From contig OZ243961.1 of the NCBI GenBank assembly GCA_965214605.1, positions 1,760,001-1,824,000 on the forward strand: a stretch of 64,000 bases of DNA, written 5' to 3'. Positions 52,094 to 62,304 of the stretch are shown here, in pieces. The stretch comes from an uncultured Candidatus Binatia bacterium. GTDB taxonomy: Bacteria; Desulfobacterota; Binatia; Bin18. The translations under genes were made by a program, and so were the position numbers. Each line of letters begins with the position of its first letter. The first letter of the stretch is position 1. The notes under the pieces were generated by a model. It worked only from the letters and a program-made list of their open reading frames with translations. It ran no database searches and was not told the DNA's origin.

Positions 52094-53141
52094 TTAGGAG
52101 CTGTGGGCATCGTCTCTCACCCCTCTCCCGGATTCCCACGCGGCCGGCGGGGTCCCGCCGATCTGCCGCCGGAGCGACCGTTCATGATGTTCCGCGAACT
52201 TGGGGGGAAAGGCATTCCCTATCAACCCCGCCGTGGGGCCGCGTCCTTTGGACAGGTCGAACTTATACGAGGCCGGGAAGCCCTGCAGGAGCATCGCATC
52301 CCGAAGGGTGACGGGCCTGTCCTCCTCCGGGTGCAGGAAGCGTCCCTTCGATGGGCTGATGCATCCGCTCGTGATGGTTGGTGCCGGAGCACGCCAAGCC
52401 ATCCGGCCGTAGATGTCGTTGAAGCCGCGGAAATTCCGGTGGCACCTCAGCTGTTCCTCCGGCGGCAGATCGGTGCGGCTGTCGTCGTCTTTAGGGATCC
52501 GGCGAATCATCGACAGCACGTGAGCGGCCCGGCGCGTGGGATAGCCGGGTCGCTTGAAGCCCTCGGAGGCGGCATTTTTCGAAGGACACCCGCTACGGTT
52601 CGACGCCCCCGCACGGACAGCGCAAACGAAGGAGGACCGTACCTCTCTTGGACACCTAGCAGAATCATGCGTCGCCGCCGCTGGGGGACGCCGAACTGCA
52701 CCACGTCCAATACCTTCTCATCGTGTTTGTCTTTAAGCTCGTTGAGCTTCCTTCCGATCCGTGCCAAACATTGGTCCTTGAACAGCGGCGACACGTTCTC
52801 CATCATCAGCGCCTTCGGCCGGAAGATCTCAACAAAACGGATGAACTCAAAAACGAGATCGTTCATGGGGTCGCCGATCCGGCGACTCCCGTTGAGTGTC
52901 CGCAGTGTGGAAAAGCCTTGGCAGGGCGGACAGCCCGCGAGCAGGTCCAAGTCTCCGGGTTGAAGTCTCAAGTCGTCATCACTGCCTCGGCATCCACCTT
53001 CCCAATGGGGTTGTTCTGCTTATAGGTCTTGACCGACAGGGGATCGTTGTCGCCGGCGGCCACGATCAGGCCCAGCGTCAATCCGCCGCACCCGCAGAAC
53101 AGGTCGATCGCCCGGAATGGTCCCCTCCGCAATGGCGTCAT
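52094..53141 (-). pseudogene. DNA (cytosine-5)-methyltransferase, frameshifted
   Basis: IDLFCGCGG, GCPPCQGFS, MENV, FGVPQRRRR, LQGFP, IGNAFPP. Confidence 0.88.
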
Positions 53142-53674
53142 TCTCCCACGCCCCTCCCGATCAGCGCAAAAGACGCGCCCATTTTCCGTCTCAGACTCTC
53201 GGTCTCTTATTCGTGCTCACGAGGTGCCCTTCTTCTGCTCGTATGGGGGAAAAGTCCCTCCCGGTGTATCCAGGGGCGTCCGGCGCCGTGCAGCTGCTGA
53301 AACCGCTGCACGACCTCGGGTACCGTTCGCGGCGGGCCGGATACCGTCAACGACCCCCTCCAAGTAATCGGGATGATCTGCCGAGGAGATGTCCGTTGCA
53401 GACCATTCAATCCACGTTGTGAGCCGCGGCGAAAGCGTATCTCCGTCTCTCATCGTCTTTTCCCGTCTCCGGCTTATACGGCGCTCAGCTCGCCCCCGCA
53501 GTCTTTACTTGTCAGCGCTCATCTCCCTTCGGCCCCCGCCCTCTTTTCGATGTTCCGCCAGGCAGCTCGGAAGATGGGGGACGGGTGGTGAAGAAGCAAG
53601 CCCCCCGCCAACCGGTCCGACCGCCGGCCATGCTGTGGCAAAACAGCCCTGCGGTCAGCCCATCGCCAATCGTC

Positions 53675-53845
53675 TCATACTCTTCCCTTGTTCACGCACG
53701 GCTGTTCTCCCTGGGGCGTATCCTCGTCGGTGAGACCGAGCAGATAGTCGGTACTGGTGTCCAAGGCGTTGGCGACTTTGGCCACAACCAACCCGGCGAG
53801 ATCCTGAATCCTCCCGCGCTCGACCCTCACGATCGTATTACCCAC
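53675..53845 (-). pseudogene. XRE-family HTH regulator fragment
   Basis: NTIVRVERG.......V.KVANALDTSTDYLLGLTD. Confidence 0.6.
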
Positions 53846-54331
53846 TGCTAAGGTATCGTACTCCCCGCCCTCAACCTACCAGCTCAAGACGTGTGGCGGC
53901 GCATTTCCAGCCGGAGATGAAGCCGAGGCCGGGGAGAGTCGTCCGGGCGGCCGGACTTTCAAAATCGCCGCCTGGGTCGCGGGCATACAGACAAGAGAGA
54001 AGACGAAGACCCCGCTCAGGAACGCCGTTGTTCTCACACCAGCCTCCTTCCCCCATCTCGTTTCCGCCCGACTCCGCTCTACCAGCCGGCGTTCCTCGGC
54101 TTGGTAGCGCGCCCGGGCGCACGCCGTGGCCTCCCGCCAGCGGTCTTCCTCGGTCTGCGTCTGGGCTCCTGCCCTCACCCGCCGCGCCTCCCCGCTGACC
54201 GCTCGGCCACATACGTGTGATAGACACAGCTGCCCAGCCCCGCCAGCAGCACCGGCCCGATTCCGGCCCGGATCAGGCCGAGCGCCGCCGCAAAAAGCCA
54301 GAAGGGGACCTCGGCGATCAGCGGTCCCAGT

Positions 54332-54397
54332 TTGACAAAACCGTCCAATAGCGTGAGTATACGCAGTATTTTACTTTCTTGAACATTCATGTGTTCA
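54332..54397 (+). promoter_or_regulatory. Putative sigma70 promoter plus palindromic operator
   Basis: TTGACA(54332)-17nt-GAGTAT, followed by TGAACA-N6-TGTTCA (54380-54397). Confidence 0.4.
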
Positions 54398-54413
54398 TGA
54401 ATTAATTCTCTAT

Positions 54414-54503
54414 CCACACGAGATGAAGCAGCGCTTTGAGCGGCATGTGGATGATCTTGGGAGGGGAAAGGACGTCGCCAAGGTTCGGATGGTGCTGGAG
54501 TAG
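54414..54503 (+). pseudogene. Last 29 aa of a BREX type 3 BrxC (DUF6079)-like ATPase
   Basis: PHEMKQRFERHVDDLGRGKDVAKVRMVLE* resembles the DUF6079 terminus as I recall it (RFE.Y.D.L.KGK...KVR.VLE*). Confidence 0.6.
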
Positions 54504-54508
54504 GGCCG

Positions 54509-56398
54509 ATGGAGCGGGACGAACTCATCGAACGTCTCAAAGACTACGAGTGGAATGACATCGAGTTCAAGGAGGCTCTGCGGGACGTACCCCAATCAGC
54601 CTACAGAACGGTCTCCGCCTTTTCCAACACCGAGGGTGGCTGGCTGGTTTTCGGCGTCCGGGACAACGCCAGCGGCTTCGAGATCGTCGGCGTCTTGGAG
54701 GTGGACAAGGTCCAGAACAACTTCCTCAGCGTCCTGCGGTCCGGTCAGAAGCTAAACCGCGTCGTCGCCGCGAAGGAGCGTTTGATCAACCACGATGGCA
54801 AGGCGCTTCTCGTCTTCCATATCCCCGAGGCGCGCAGACAGGACAAGCCAATCTACCTCAATGGCGACATCCGGCAATCGTTCATCCGCCGGGGCGCCAG
54901 CAACGAGCGATGCACGGAAGCCGAGATCAAACGCCTGCTGCGCGACGCGACGGACGAGCGTTATGACGGAGGAACGGTCGACCTCGCTCCCGAACGCTGC
55001 TTCGATAACGAGTCTTTGAGCTGGTATCGGAAGCTGTTCGACGATCGAAACCCCGGCCACTACAACGCAACGTTGTCGCACCTGGAGTTCCTCCATCACT
55101 GGGGCTTGGTTATCGAAACGGGCGGCCGGTTGCGGCCGACCCGCGCGGCGATCCTCCTGTTCGGTGCCGCACCCGCGTTCCGCCAGCTATTGCCTCGTCC
55201 CGTGGTTGACTGGCAGTGGAGTCGTGGCGACTGGTCGGAGGAATTGACCGGCGAACGCTGGGCCGACCGTCTAGTGATTGAGGCCAACCTGGTGGAGACC
55301 TGGAAGACGCTGCTGGACCGTTATTTGCCGCGTGCGGAGAAGCCCTTTTCCGTCGATCCCGAGACCCTGCGGCGGGAGGACCGTCCGCCGGACTACATCG
55401 CCTTCCGGGAGGCAGCGATCAACCTGCTGATGCATCAGGATTACGCAGATCACACCCGCAAGCCGTCGATCCGGATCTTCGACGACCGCACGATATTCTG
55501 GAACCCCGGCGATGCCTTCGTATCGACGGACGAGCTTTTCGAACCCGGCGAGAGGGAGGTTCGCAACCAGAGAATCGTCGGTGCCTTCCGTCGCATCGGT
55601 CTGAGCGAACAGGCCGGAACGGGTATCCGCGCCATTTTCGGTAACTGGCGGCAGCTCGGCCATGTTCCGCCGATCATCGACAACGACAAGGTTCGAAAGG
55701 CCTTCCAACTGACCCTCCTCAAGGAGGAGCTCCTGTCCAAGGAACAGGTGCTTTTCCAAGCCAGCCTCGGGGTCCGCCTGGACGAGGACGAGGCGAAGGT
55801 CTTCGCCTTTGCCTGTCGCGAGGACAGATTGCGCCCCCGTGACGTGCGCGCCGTCACGGGACTTGCCACCGCCGACGCGCGGGCGACCCTGGAGCGCTTG
55901 ACGGCTCAGGGCCTCGTTTCGCCGCTGGAGGGCGCCGAAACACCGGTCTTCGTTGTCGCCAAGCATCTCAGGGAACAGATTGGCCGGAATGACCAAGCCC
56001 AGTCGGAACAACAAAACCTGTCCACTGCACAAGTCGACTCGCCGCCTTCTGACTTGGTCACTGACCAAGTCGACCCCAAACCTCCGAGGTTGGTCACTGA
56101 CCAAGCTTCCGCATTGCAGGATCTTGACGAAGCGGCGTGGAAGATTCTGATGTTCTGCGACGTGCCGCGCTCCATGGCAGACATCATGAGCGAGTTGGGA
56201 CTGGCGCACCGCACTTTTTTTCGCCGCAACCACTTAGAGCCGCTGCTGGCCGGCGGCGTGCTTCGCATGATCCATCCGGATCGGCCAAACCATCCTGATC
56301 AAGCCTACGTGCTGACCGAGGCCGGGGCTGCGCTCAAGGCTCTTCATATGAGCGGAGATGACGGCACGGGCAATGAGGATCGGACAGATGGCGCGTAG
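54509..56398 (+). CDS. AlbA_2 (Schlafen-like) + HATPase_c_4/RecG-C + HTH protein
   Basis: E...IEFKEA, TVSAFSNT.GG.L.FGV, AFREA..N...HQDY, NPG, RN..I...FR.IGL.EQAGTG; 12-aa LVTDQV linker repeats; C-terminal HTH P.HP.Q.Y.LT. Confidence 0.88.
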   Translation: MERDELIERLKDYEWNDIEFKEALRDVPQSAYRTVSAFSNTEGGWLVFGVRDNASGFEIVGVLEVDKVQNNFLSVLRSGQKLNRVVAAKERLINHDGKALLVFHIPEARRQDKPIYLNGDIRQSFIRRGASNERCTEAEIKRLLRDATDERYDGGTVDLAPERCFDNESLSWYRKLFDDRNPGHYNATLSHLEFLHHWGLVIETGGRLRPTRAAILLFGAAPAFRQLLPRPVVDWQWSRGDWSEELTGERWADRLVIEANLVETWKTLLDRYLPRAEKPFSVDPETLRREDRPPDYIAFREAAINLLMHQDYADHTRKPSIRIFDDRTIFWNPGDAFVSTDELFEPGEREVRNQRIVGAFRRIGLSEQAGTGIRAIFGNWRQLGHVPPIIDNDKVRKAFQLTLLKEELLSKEQVLFQASLGVRLDEDEAKVFAFACREDRLRPRDVRAVTGLATADARATLERLTAQGLVSPLEGAETPVFVVAKHLREQIGRNDQAQSEQQNLSTAQVDSPPSDLVTDQVDPKPPRLVTDQASALQDLDEAAWKILMFCDVPRSMADIMSELGLAHRTFFRRNHLEPLLAGGVLRMIHPDRPNHPDQAYVLTEAGAALKALHMSGDDGTGNEDRTDGA

Positions 56399-59375
56399 CA
56401 AGCCGGACAACCGGACTGGCCGCCTCTTCGAGAACCCTGCGGGACGGGACGAGTTGTTCGAGAAGTCTCGAGAAGAGGAGCTGGAGGTGCGGCGCGGCGG
56501 GCCGGTCAAGTGCCTGGGGTTAACCTTCGAGAACGACGACGCGCGGCGGGCCCATTATCTCAGCAAGCTGAGGGATGGGCTTGAGGAACTGCACGCCAAG
56601 CTCGGCGGCGTTCCCTTCTCCGGCGTCGACGACGCGATGGCCCGGATGATGGACGTCAAGCACTGGCCGATGGGCGATGAGTCCCGACTCCGCGGCCTCT
56701 CGGAACGCATGCGCCACGCCGATCCGTCCAAGGATTTGCTCCAGCGTTGGAAGGACGAGGTTGGCTTTCCCCATGGCGAGATCGAAGACATCCTGAAACT
56801 CTCCGACCCGCCATGGCACACGGCCTGTCCGAACCCGTTCCTGGGCGCGTTCGCGGATGCTCACGGCAAGCCTTACGATCCAGACAAGCCCTACCGCCGC
56901 AAGCCGTTCGCGGTCGACGTCCGCGAAGGCAAGACCCATCCCGTCTACAGGGCGCACAGCTACCACACAAAGGTGCCGCACTTGGCAATCGTGCCCTCGA
57001 TCCTCCACTACACCGAGCCCGGCGATCTGGTCCTGGACGGGTTCGCCGGTTCCGGCATGACCAGCGTCGCCGCCCAATGGTGCGGAACGGCGCCGGAGAG
57101 CTACCGGAAATCACTTGAAGCGCTATGGGCCAGGCAAGGCTACGGCCAGCCGCAATGGGGGTTCCGGCACACCATCCAGAGCGATTTGTCGCCTCTTGCT
57201 GGTTTCATCGCCGCCAACTACTGCATGCCTTTCGATGTCGAGACATTCGCCAAGGCCAGCCGCGCCCTGCTCGACGAGGTCGACGCGGAGCTCCGCTGGA
57301 TGTACGAGACCCTGCACACCGACGGCCGGATCAAGGGGCGGATCGACTACACGGTCTGGAGTGAAGTCTTTGGATGTCCTGACTGCACGGGAGAGATTGT
57401 TTTCACCGACGAGGCGTTGGATTCAGAAAGTGGGCGCGTAAGAGATGTATTCCCTTGTCCTCACTGTGGCAATGAACTTACCAAACGACGCATGGAACGC
57501 CTCTACGAATCGCCTTTCGATCCATCCATCAATTCAACGATCCGAGTGCCGAAGCGCAAGCCCACAGAAATTGTCTATTCGCTCTGTGGCATGACGTATC
57601 AAAAGAGGCCGGATACTTCGGATTTGGAAATCCTTGAGCGGATCAAAAGACTGCGCCTACCCCGGGAAGTACCCTCCGATCTGATCCCGGCTATGCACAT
57701 GACGCACCAACGCGCCCGAATGGATCATTCGGGTGTCACCCACATCCATCACTTTTTTCTCCCCCGGGCCGCGCACGCCCTGGCGGCGATGTGGCGGCGG
57801 GCCAGCGCCCACGCCGATCTCCGCGTCCGCCACATGCTACTCTACTTCGTCGAGCAGGCGATCTCAACAATGTCTTTGCTCAACCGGTTTCGGGCAAACC
57901 AGCGATCTCAATCAAATCAGGTCCTGAGTGGTGTCTACCACATTCCATCCCAGATTGCGGAAATTTCTCCTTGGCATAGGCTTAATGGAAAAATTTCCCA
58001 AACCCTCAGCGTTTTCCAAACCATGCCCTTACGCGCTGATGTCATGGTTGTTTCGACAGGGAATTGTAGTAAAATTACCTTACCTGACAACTCCATTGAC
58101 TATATCTTCACTGACCCGCCGTTCGGCGAGAACATCTATTACGCCGATCTCAATTTCCTCGTCGAGTCCTGGCATGGGGTGCTGACCAACGCCGCGTCGG
58201 AGGTGGTCGTCGGCCGCTTCAAGAACAAGGGTCTGCCGGACTACCAGCGTCTGATGCAGCGCTGCTTCGAGGAATATCGGCGCGTCCTCAAGCCCGGCCG
58301 CTGGATCACGATCGTCTTTCACAACTCCAGGAATGCCGTCCGGACGGCGATCCAGGAGGCATTGCTCGCGGCCGGCTTCGTCGTTGCCGATGTGCGCACG
58401 ATGGACAAGCAACAGGGTTCGTACAGGCAGGTCGCCAGCACCGCAGTCAAGCAGGATTTGGTCATCTCCGCCTACAAGCCCAATGACGAGCTGGAGGAAC
58501 GATTCGCGCTCACAAGAGGAACCGAGGAGGGAGTTTGGGACTTTCTACGCACCCATCTTGCCCAACTGCCGGTGGCGGTGCTCAAGGAAGGCCGCGTCGA
58601 GATCGTCAACGAACGCCAGCCGCATCTGCTGTTCGACCGCATGGTCGCCTTCCACGTCCTCCGCAACGTGACGGTGCCCCTGTCGATCGGCAGGTTCCTT
58701 GCCGGCCTCGCCCGCCGCTTCCCCGAGCGCGACGGCATGGTCTTTCTCTCCGACCAAGTTGCCGAATACGACAAGAAGCGCCTAGCCGCCGAGGGAGTGG
58801 CACGACTAGAGATGTTCGTCGTCGACGAATCCTCCGCCATCCAGTGGCTGAGGCAGCAATTGAGCCGCAAGCCGCAGAGATTCCAGGACATTCACCCGCG
58901 GTTCATCTGCGAGATCGCGGGCCGGCGGAAGCACGAGAAGTTGCCCGAGCTGTCCGAGATGCTGGACCAGAACTTCCTGTGCTACGACGGCGCCGGCGAG
59001 GTCCCGAGCCAGATCCACGGCTACCTCTCCACCAACTTCAAGGAGATGCGCAATCTGCTCAAGGACAACCCGGCCCTGCGCGCCAAGGCGAAGGATCGCT
59101 GGTACGTGCCCGATCCCAACAAGGCGGTCGATGTGGAGATGCGCCGCACGCGCGCCCTCCTGCGCGAGTTCAACGAATACCGCCGATCCCCGCAGGAGCA
59201 ACTTAGGCTTTTCCGCCTTGAGGCGGTACGGGCAGGCTTTTTCAGGGCCTACCAGGACCGGGACTACGACACCATCATTGCAGTGGCAGAGAAGATCCCG
59301 GAGACCATTTTCCATGAGGACCAAAAGCTCATGCTCTGGTATGACCAAGCGTTGACGCGCATGGAGGCTGCGTGA
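56388..59375 (+). CDS. BREX type 3-associated DNA methyltransferase (PglXI-like)
   Basis: LSDPP..TACPNPF, HSYHTKVPH, VLDGFAGSGMT, CPDC/CPHC, DYIFTDPPF, WY.PDP, EAVRAGF; flanked by brxC-like and pglZ relics. Confidence 0.85.
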   Translation: MARSKPDNRTGRLFENPAGRDELFEKSREEELEVRRGGPVKCLGLTFENDDARRAHYLSKLRDGLEELHAKLGGVPFSGVDDAMARMMDVKHWPMGDESRLRGLSERMRHADPSKDLLQRWKDEVGFPHGEIEDILKLSDPPWHTACPNPFLGAFADAHGKPYDPDKPYRRKPFAVDVREGKTHPVYRAHSYHTKVPHLAIVPSILHYTEPGDLVLDGFAGSGMTSVAAQWCGTAPESYRKSLEALWARQGYGQPQWGFRHTIQSDLSPLAGFIAANYCMPFDVETFAKASRALLDEVDAELRWMYETLHTDGRIKGRIDYTVWSEVFGCPDCTGEIVFTDEALDSESGRVRDVFPCPHCGNELTKRRMERLYESPFDPSINSTIRVPKRKPTEIVYSLCGMTYQKRPDTSDLEILERIKRLRLPREVPSDLIPAMHMTHQRARMDHSGVTHIHHFFLPRAAHALAAMWRRASAHADLRVRHMLLYFVEQAISTMSLLNRFRANQRSQSNQVLSGVYHIPSQIAEISPWHRLNGKISQTLSVFQTMPLRADVMVVSTGNCSKITLPDNSIDYIFTDPPFGENIYYADLNFLVESWHGVLTNAASEVVVGRFKNKGLPDYQRLMQRCFEEYRRVLKPGRWITIVFHNSRNAVRTAIQEALLAAGFVVADVRTMDKQQGSYRQVASTAVKQDLVISAYKPNDELEERFALTRGTEEGVWDFLRTHLAQLPVAVLKEGRVEIVNERQPHLLFDRMVAFHVLRNVTVPLSIGRFLAGLARRFPERDGMVFLSDQVAEYDKKRLAAEGVARLEMFVVDESSAIQWLRQQLSRKPQRFQDIHPRFICEIAGRRKHEKLPELSEMLDQNFLCYDGAGEVPSQIHGYLSTNFKEMRNLLKDNPALRAKAKDRWYVPDPNKAVDVEMRRTRALLREFNEYRRSPQEQLRLFRLEAVRAGFFRAYQDRDYDTIIAVAEKIPETIFHEDQKLMLWYDQALTRMEAA

Positions 59376-59562
59376 GTGGGCCGTGCGGAAAGGTGGCAGA
59401 CTGGCGCAAGCAGGTCTTGGGTGAATTTACGCCCCACCAGATCGCCCGCCTTACCCTGGTAGCCGATCCAGACGGGCTGCTCCTTAGAGGAGGCGCTTCT
59501 CGGCGCCATTCGTGAAAGAGGCTTCGAACTCACGTTCGAGGACCATCCTGCCTTCCGCTTCG
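59372..59562 (+). pseudogene. pglZ: BREX type 3 PglZ N-terminal fragment
   Basis: WR..VL.EF......LTLVADPDGLL.EE..L..IRERGFEL.FED..AFRFA; GTGA overlap with the methylase stop; frameshift. Confidence 0.75.
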
Positions 59563-59740
59563 CCTCTTACCTAGATCGCATGCTGGACGAGTTGTTCATT
59601 GCACGAATGGAGGGCAACGAAAAGATATTTTCAAAGGTGATGACGGACGCCGAGTTCCGTTCAGCCGCTCATGAGCACTTGGCGCACGAGATTTTCCGCC
59701 GGGTCCGCGAGAAGCAGGCCGCCGTGCGATCGCTCTCGGT
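59563..59740 (+). pseudogene. Type I RM HsdR extreme C-terminal fragment
   Basis: LDELFI.RME.NE.IF.KVM.D.EFR......LA.EIF.R. Confidence 0.55.
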
Positions 59741-59764
59741 TTGCAACTGTTCCCCGATGATGCG

Positions 59765-60500
59765 CTACAGAATATCGGCGGCGATGCTGTCGGCGACCCG
59801 TGCCGCCGCCTCATGCATGGAGTCGCGCGCCAGGTGCGCGTACCGCGCGGTTGGTCGCGACATGGGCATGACCGAGCAGCTTGCCGATCATGCTCAGACT
59901 CTCCCCGAACGCCAGCGCCCGGCTCGTCCAGGAATGACGGAGGCCGTGGATCCGCACGTCCTTCAGTCCGGCCTTCGCGCGAAGGCGCTTCCAGAGCGCG
60001 TCCGCGTTGACCAGATGGACACCCCGGGTTCGGCCCGCGATCACCCAAGGACTGTCTCCGTCGCGGGGAATCCGGTCGAGCACCGCCTCAACCGCCGGGG
60101 TCAGCAGCACGGTACGCGTACTGGTCTTCGTGTCGCTCAACCTCAACTCGCGCCCCGTACGATCAACGTCATCCCACCGGAGTTGTCAGATCTTGTTCTT
60201 GCGGCATCCGGCTAGCATCAGCAGGCGAAGCGCCGCCGATTATGTCCCTGCATGTAGCACTCCGCCAGACCCACCACCGTGAGTCCTGGCTCGACCGGTG
60301 CCGGAAACGGTTCTAGGCCCCGCTTGATGCGGTCGACGACTTCGGCGGCCTGCTTGCGAGCCTCGTCGGAAGACAGCTTTCCGTAGCTCCCGAGGGTGAC
60401 GCATTGCAACCCGAACGAACCGCGCGTCTGGACGACGAACACCTTGCGCCCGCTGACATAGACCCGGATGTCGAAGCCTTTGAGATCCCGATCCCAAAAC
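59765..60500 (-). pseudogene. Tyrosine integrase (DUF4102 arm-binding type), 3' part
   Basis: FWDRDLKGF.IRV..SG.K.F.VQ.R, TLG..G.LS...AR..A, RL.D.KT, L.DVR.H.LRH.W.S, IGKLLGH. Confidence 0.85.
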
Positions 60501-62227
60501 GCTCATGGTCGCTGCGGTGCTGGGCCACCCCGTAGCATGAAACAAGAGGCGCTCCAGTGAGGTGTTGCGGCTGATCGCCCTGCTGCTGTCGTGGCAGGAT
60601 TGGTGTGGCGGTGGGGACGCGCGAGCGTCTTATTATCGGTGACTCGTTCTCGACGCAAAACTGCTTCCGGCGACCGGCTCCGCACCCCGTAATGTACCCG
60701 GCCTCTGGCCGTGGACGCGCGGCAAATCGAATCGCACCCGCTCGGCGGATGCGTGTCCTTCCGACCGCTATCCCCGCCTCCGCCGTGGCGAGATCGCAAG
60801 AGGAGGAAGGTAATGAAGACGGACGGCATGTACGTGGTGCGCGCGCGGCGGGGGTCGACGTGCACAAGATGGAGATCACCGCGACGGTTCGCCTGTGTGA
60901 AGGCGAGGGCGAGCCGGTGGTGGAGACGCGCGGCTTCAGCACGCTGCCGAGCGGTCTTGATGAGATGGTTGCGTGGCTGAGCGATCACGGCGTCGAGGTG
61001 GCGGTGATGGAGGGGACCGGGGTGTACTGGCAGGCGCCCTTCGAGGTCCTGGAGGAGGCCGGGATCAAGGCAATCCTGGTGCATGCCCAGCAGGTCAAGC
61101 AGTTGAAGGGACGCAAAACCGATGTGGCGGACAGCGTATAGCTGGCCTGCATTTGCCAGTTCGAGCTCTGCACGCCTTCTCATGTTCCGCCGAAGCCGTT
61201 CCGGGCGTTGCGCTCGCTGAGCCGGCAGCGCCGGGTCCTGGTGGGCCAACGCTCCACCGTGCGCAACCGCGTGCAGAAGATCATCGACCGCGTCGGGGTG
61301 CGCATCGGCGGCATCCTTTCCAACGTCTTCGGCGTCAACGGCCGCAAGATCCTCGACGGGCTGGCGTCGGGGACGTCGCGCGAGGTCATTCTCGCGTCTC
61401 TCACCCGCCACGTGGCGCACAAGCTGGAGGGTCTCGACGAGGCGCTCTCCCTGAGCCTGGGCGACAACGACCGTGTCATGCTCAACGATCTGCTGGAGGA
61501 GCATGACGCGCTGGAGGCGCGCATCGAGGCCTACGCGAAGCAGATCGACGAGCCGTTGACACCGTGGGAGGAGCCGCTCCGTCTTCTGACGACCATCCCG
61601 GGCATCGACCGAAGCGCCGCGTGACCATCCTGATCAAGATCGGACCCAACATCGGTGTGTTCAGCTCCAAGGAGCGTCTGGCCGCGTGGGCCGGTCTGTG
61701 CCCTGGCAACAACGAGAGTGACGGCAAGCGCCGCAATGCGCGCACCCGCATAGGCTCCCAGACCCTGCGAGCAACGCTCGTCGAGTGCGCCCACGGTGCA
61801 GCCCGAACCAAGGGGTGCCAGTTCGAGGCCCATCGCCGTGCCCTCGCAGCCCGGCGCGGCTACAAGCGCGCCATCGTCGCCAGTGCGCACAAGCTGCTGC
61901 GGATCATCTACGTCGTGCACAAGACCGGCAGGCCCTACTACACCGCACTGCCGACTACGAAGTGCTGGTGGTCAAGCGCAACGCCCCGCGGTGGATCCGT
62001 ATGCTCCGCCGCTACGGCTATATTGAGCCCGTGGACGTGCAACTCAAGACCGCCTGACCGGCCCCTGCCTCAAGCCACCCGGCTACGGGGGACCGGGGAT
62101 CGGACCACATTGGGGAAGTCCGCCACTCGCACCCGCAAGGCCGATACAGACGTCCGCCATCAACACCGATCCCCCGGCGTTGGCAGGCCACCGCTCGCGC
62201 CAAGCCCGAATCTGTTTCACGGTAAAC
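60501..62227 (+). mobile_element. IS110-family insertion sequence (1727 bp) inserted in the integrase gene
   Basis: Removing 60501-62227 restores integrase KDAVFWDRD; AAAC occurs at both junctions (60497-60500, 62224-62227); no terminal inverted repeats. Confidence 0.88.
60813..62057 (+). pseudogene. IS110 DEDD recombinase with frameshifts and a TAG (61139-61141)
   Basis: GVDVHK, MEGTG.YW, GRKTD..DS, L.TIPGI, LAAWAGLCPGNNES.GK, A.VA.AHKLL. Confidence 0.9.
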
Positions 62228-62304
62228 ACCGCATCTTTACCGGCGGCCGCGAGGGCGTCGACGGTTCGTTTGGTGAGCTCCCGGACAGCCTAGTCCGGCA
62301 TCAT
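62228..62304 (-). pseudogene. Integrase 5' part (upstream of the IS110 insertion)
   Basis: MMPD*AVRELTKRTVDALAAAGKDAV. Confidence 0.8.

Noticed and set aside
53871-54227. Short ORFs with a signal-peptide-like stretch
   Set aside because: Fragmentary, with no family signature.
56018-56107. 36-nt periodic repeats
   Set aside because: They are in-frame linker repeats (LVTDQV) within the AlbA_2 protein, not a separate element.
24633-61141. Recurrent in-frame TAG codons in island genes (24633, 48024, 61139) suggesting amber recoding
   Set aside because: The same genes also carry frameshifts and deletions, TAG ends many intact genes here, and the sites fit CAG/TGG-to-TAG transitions.
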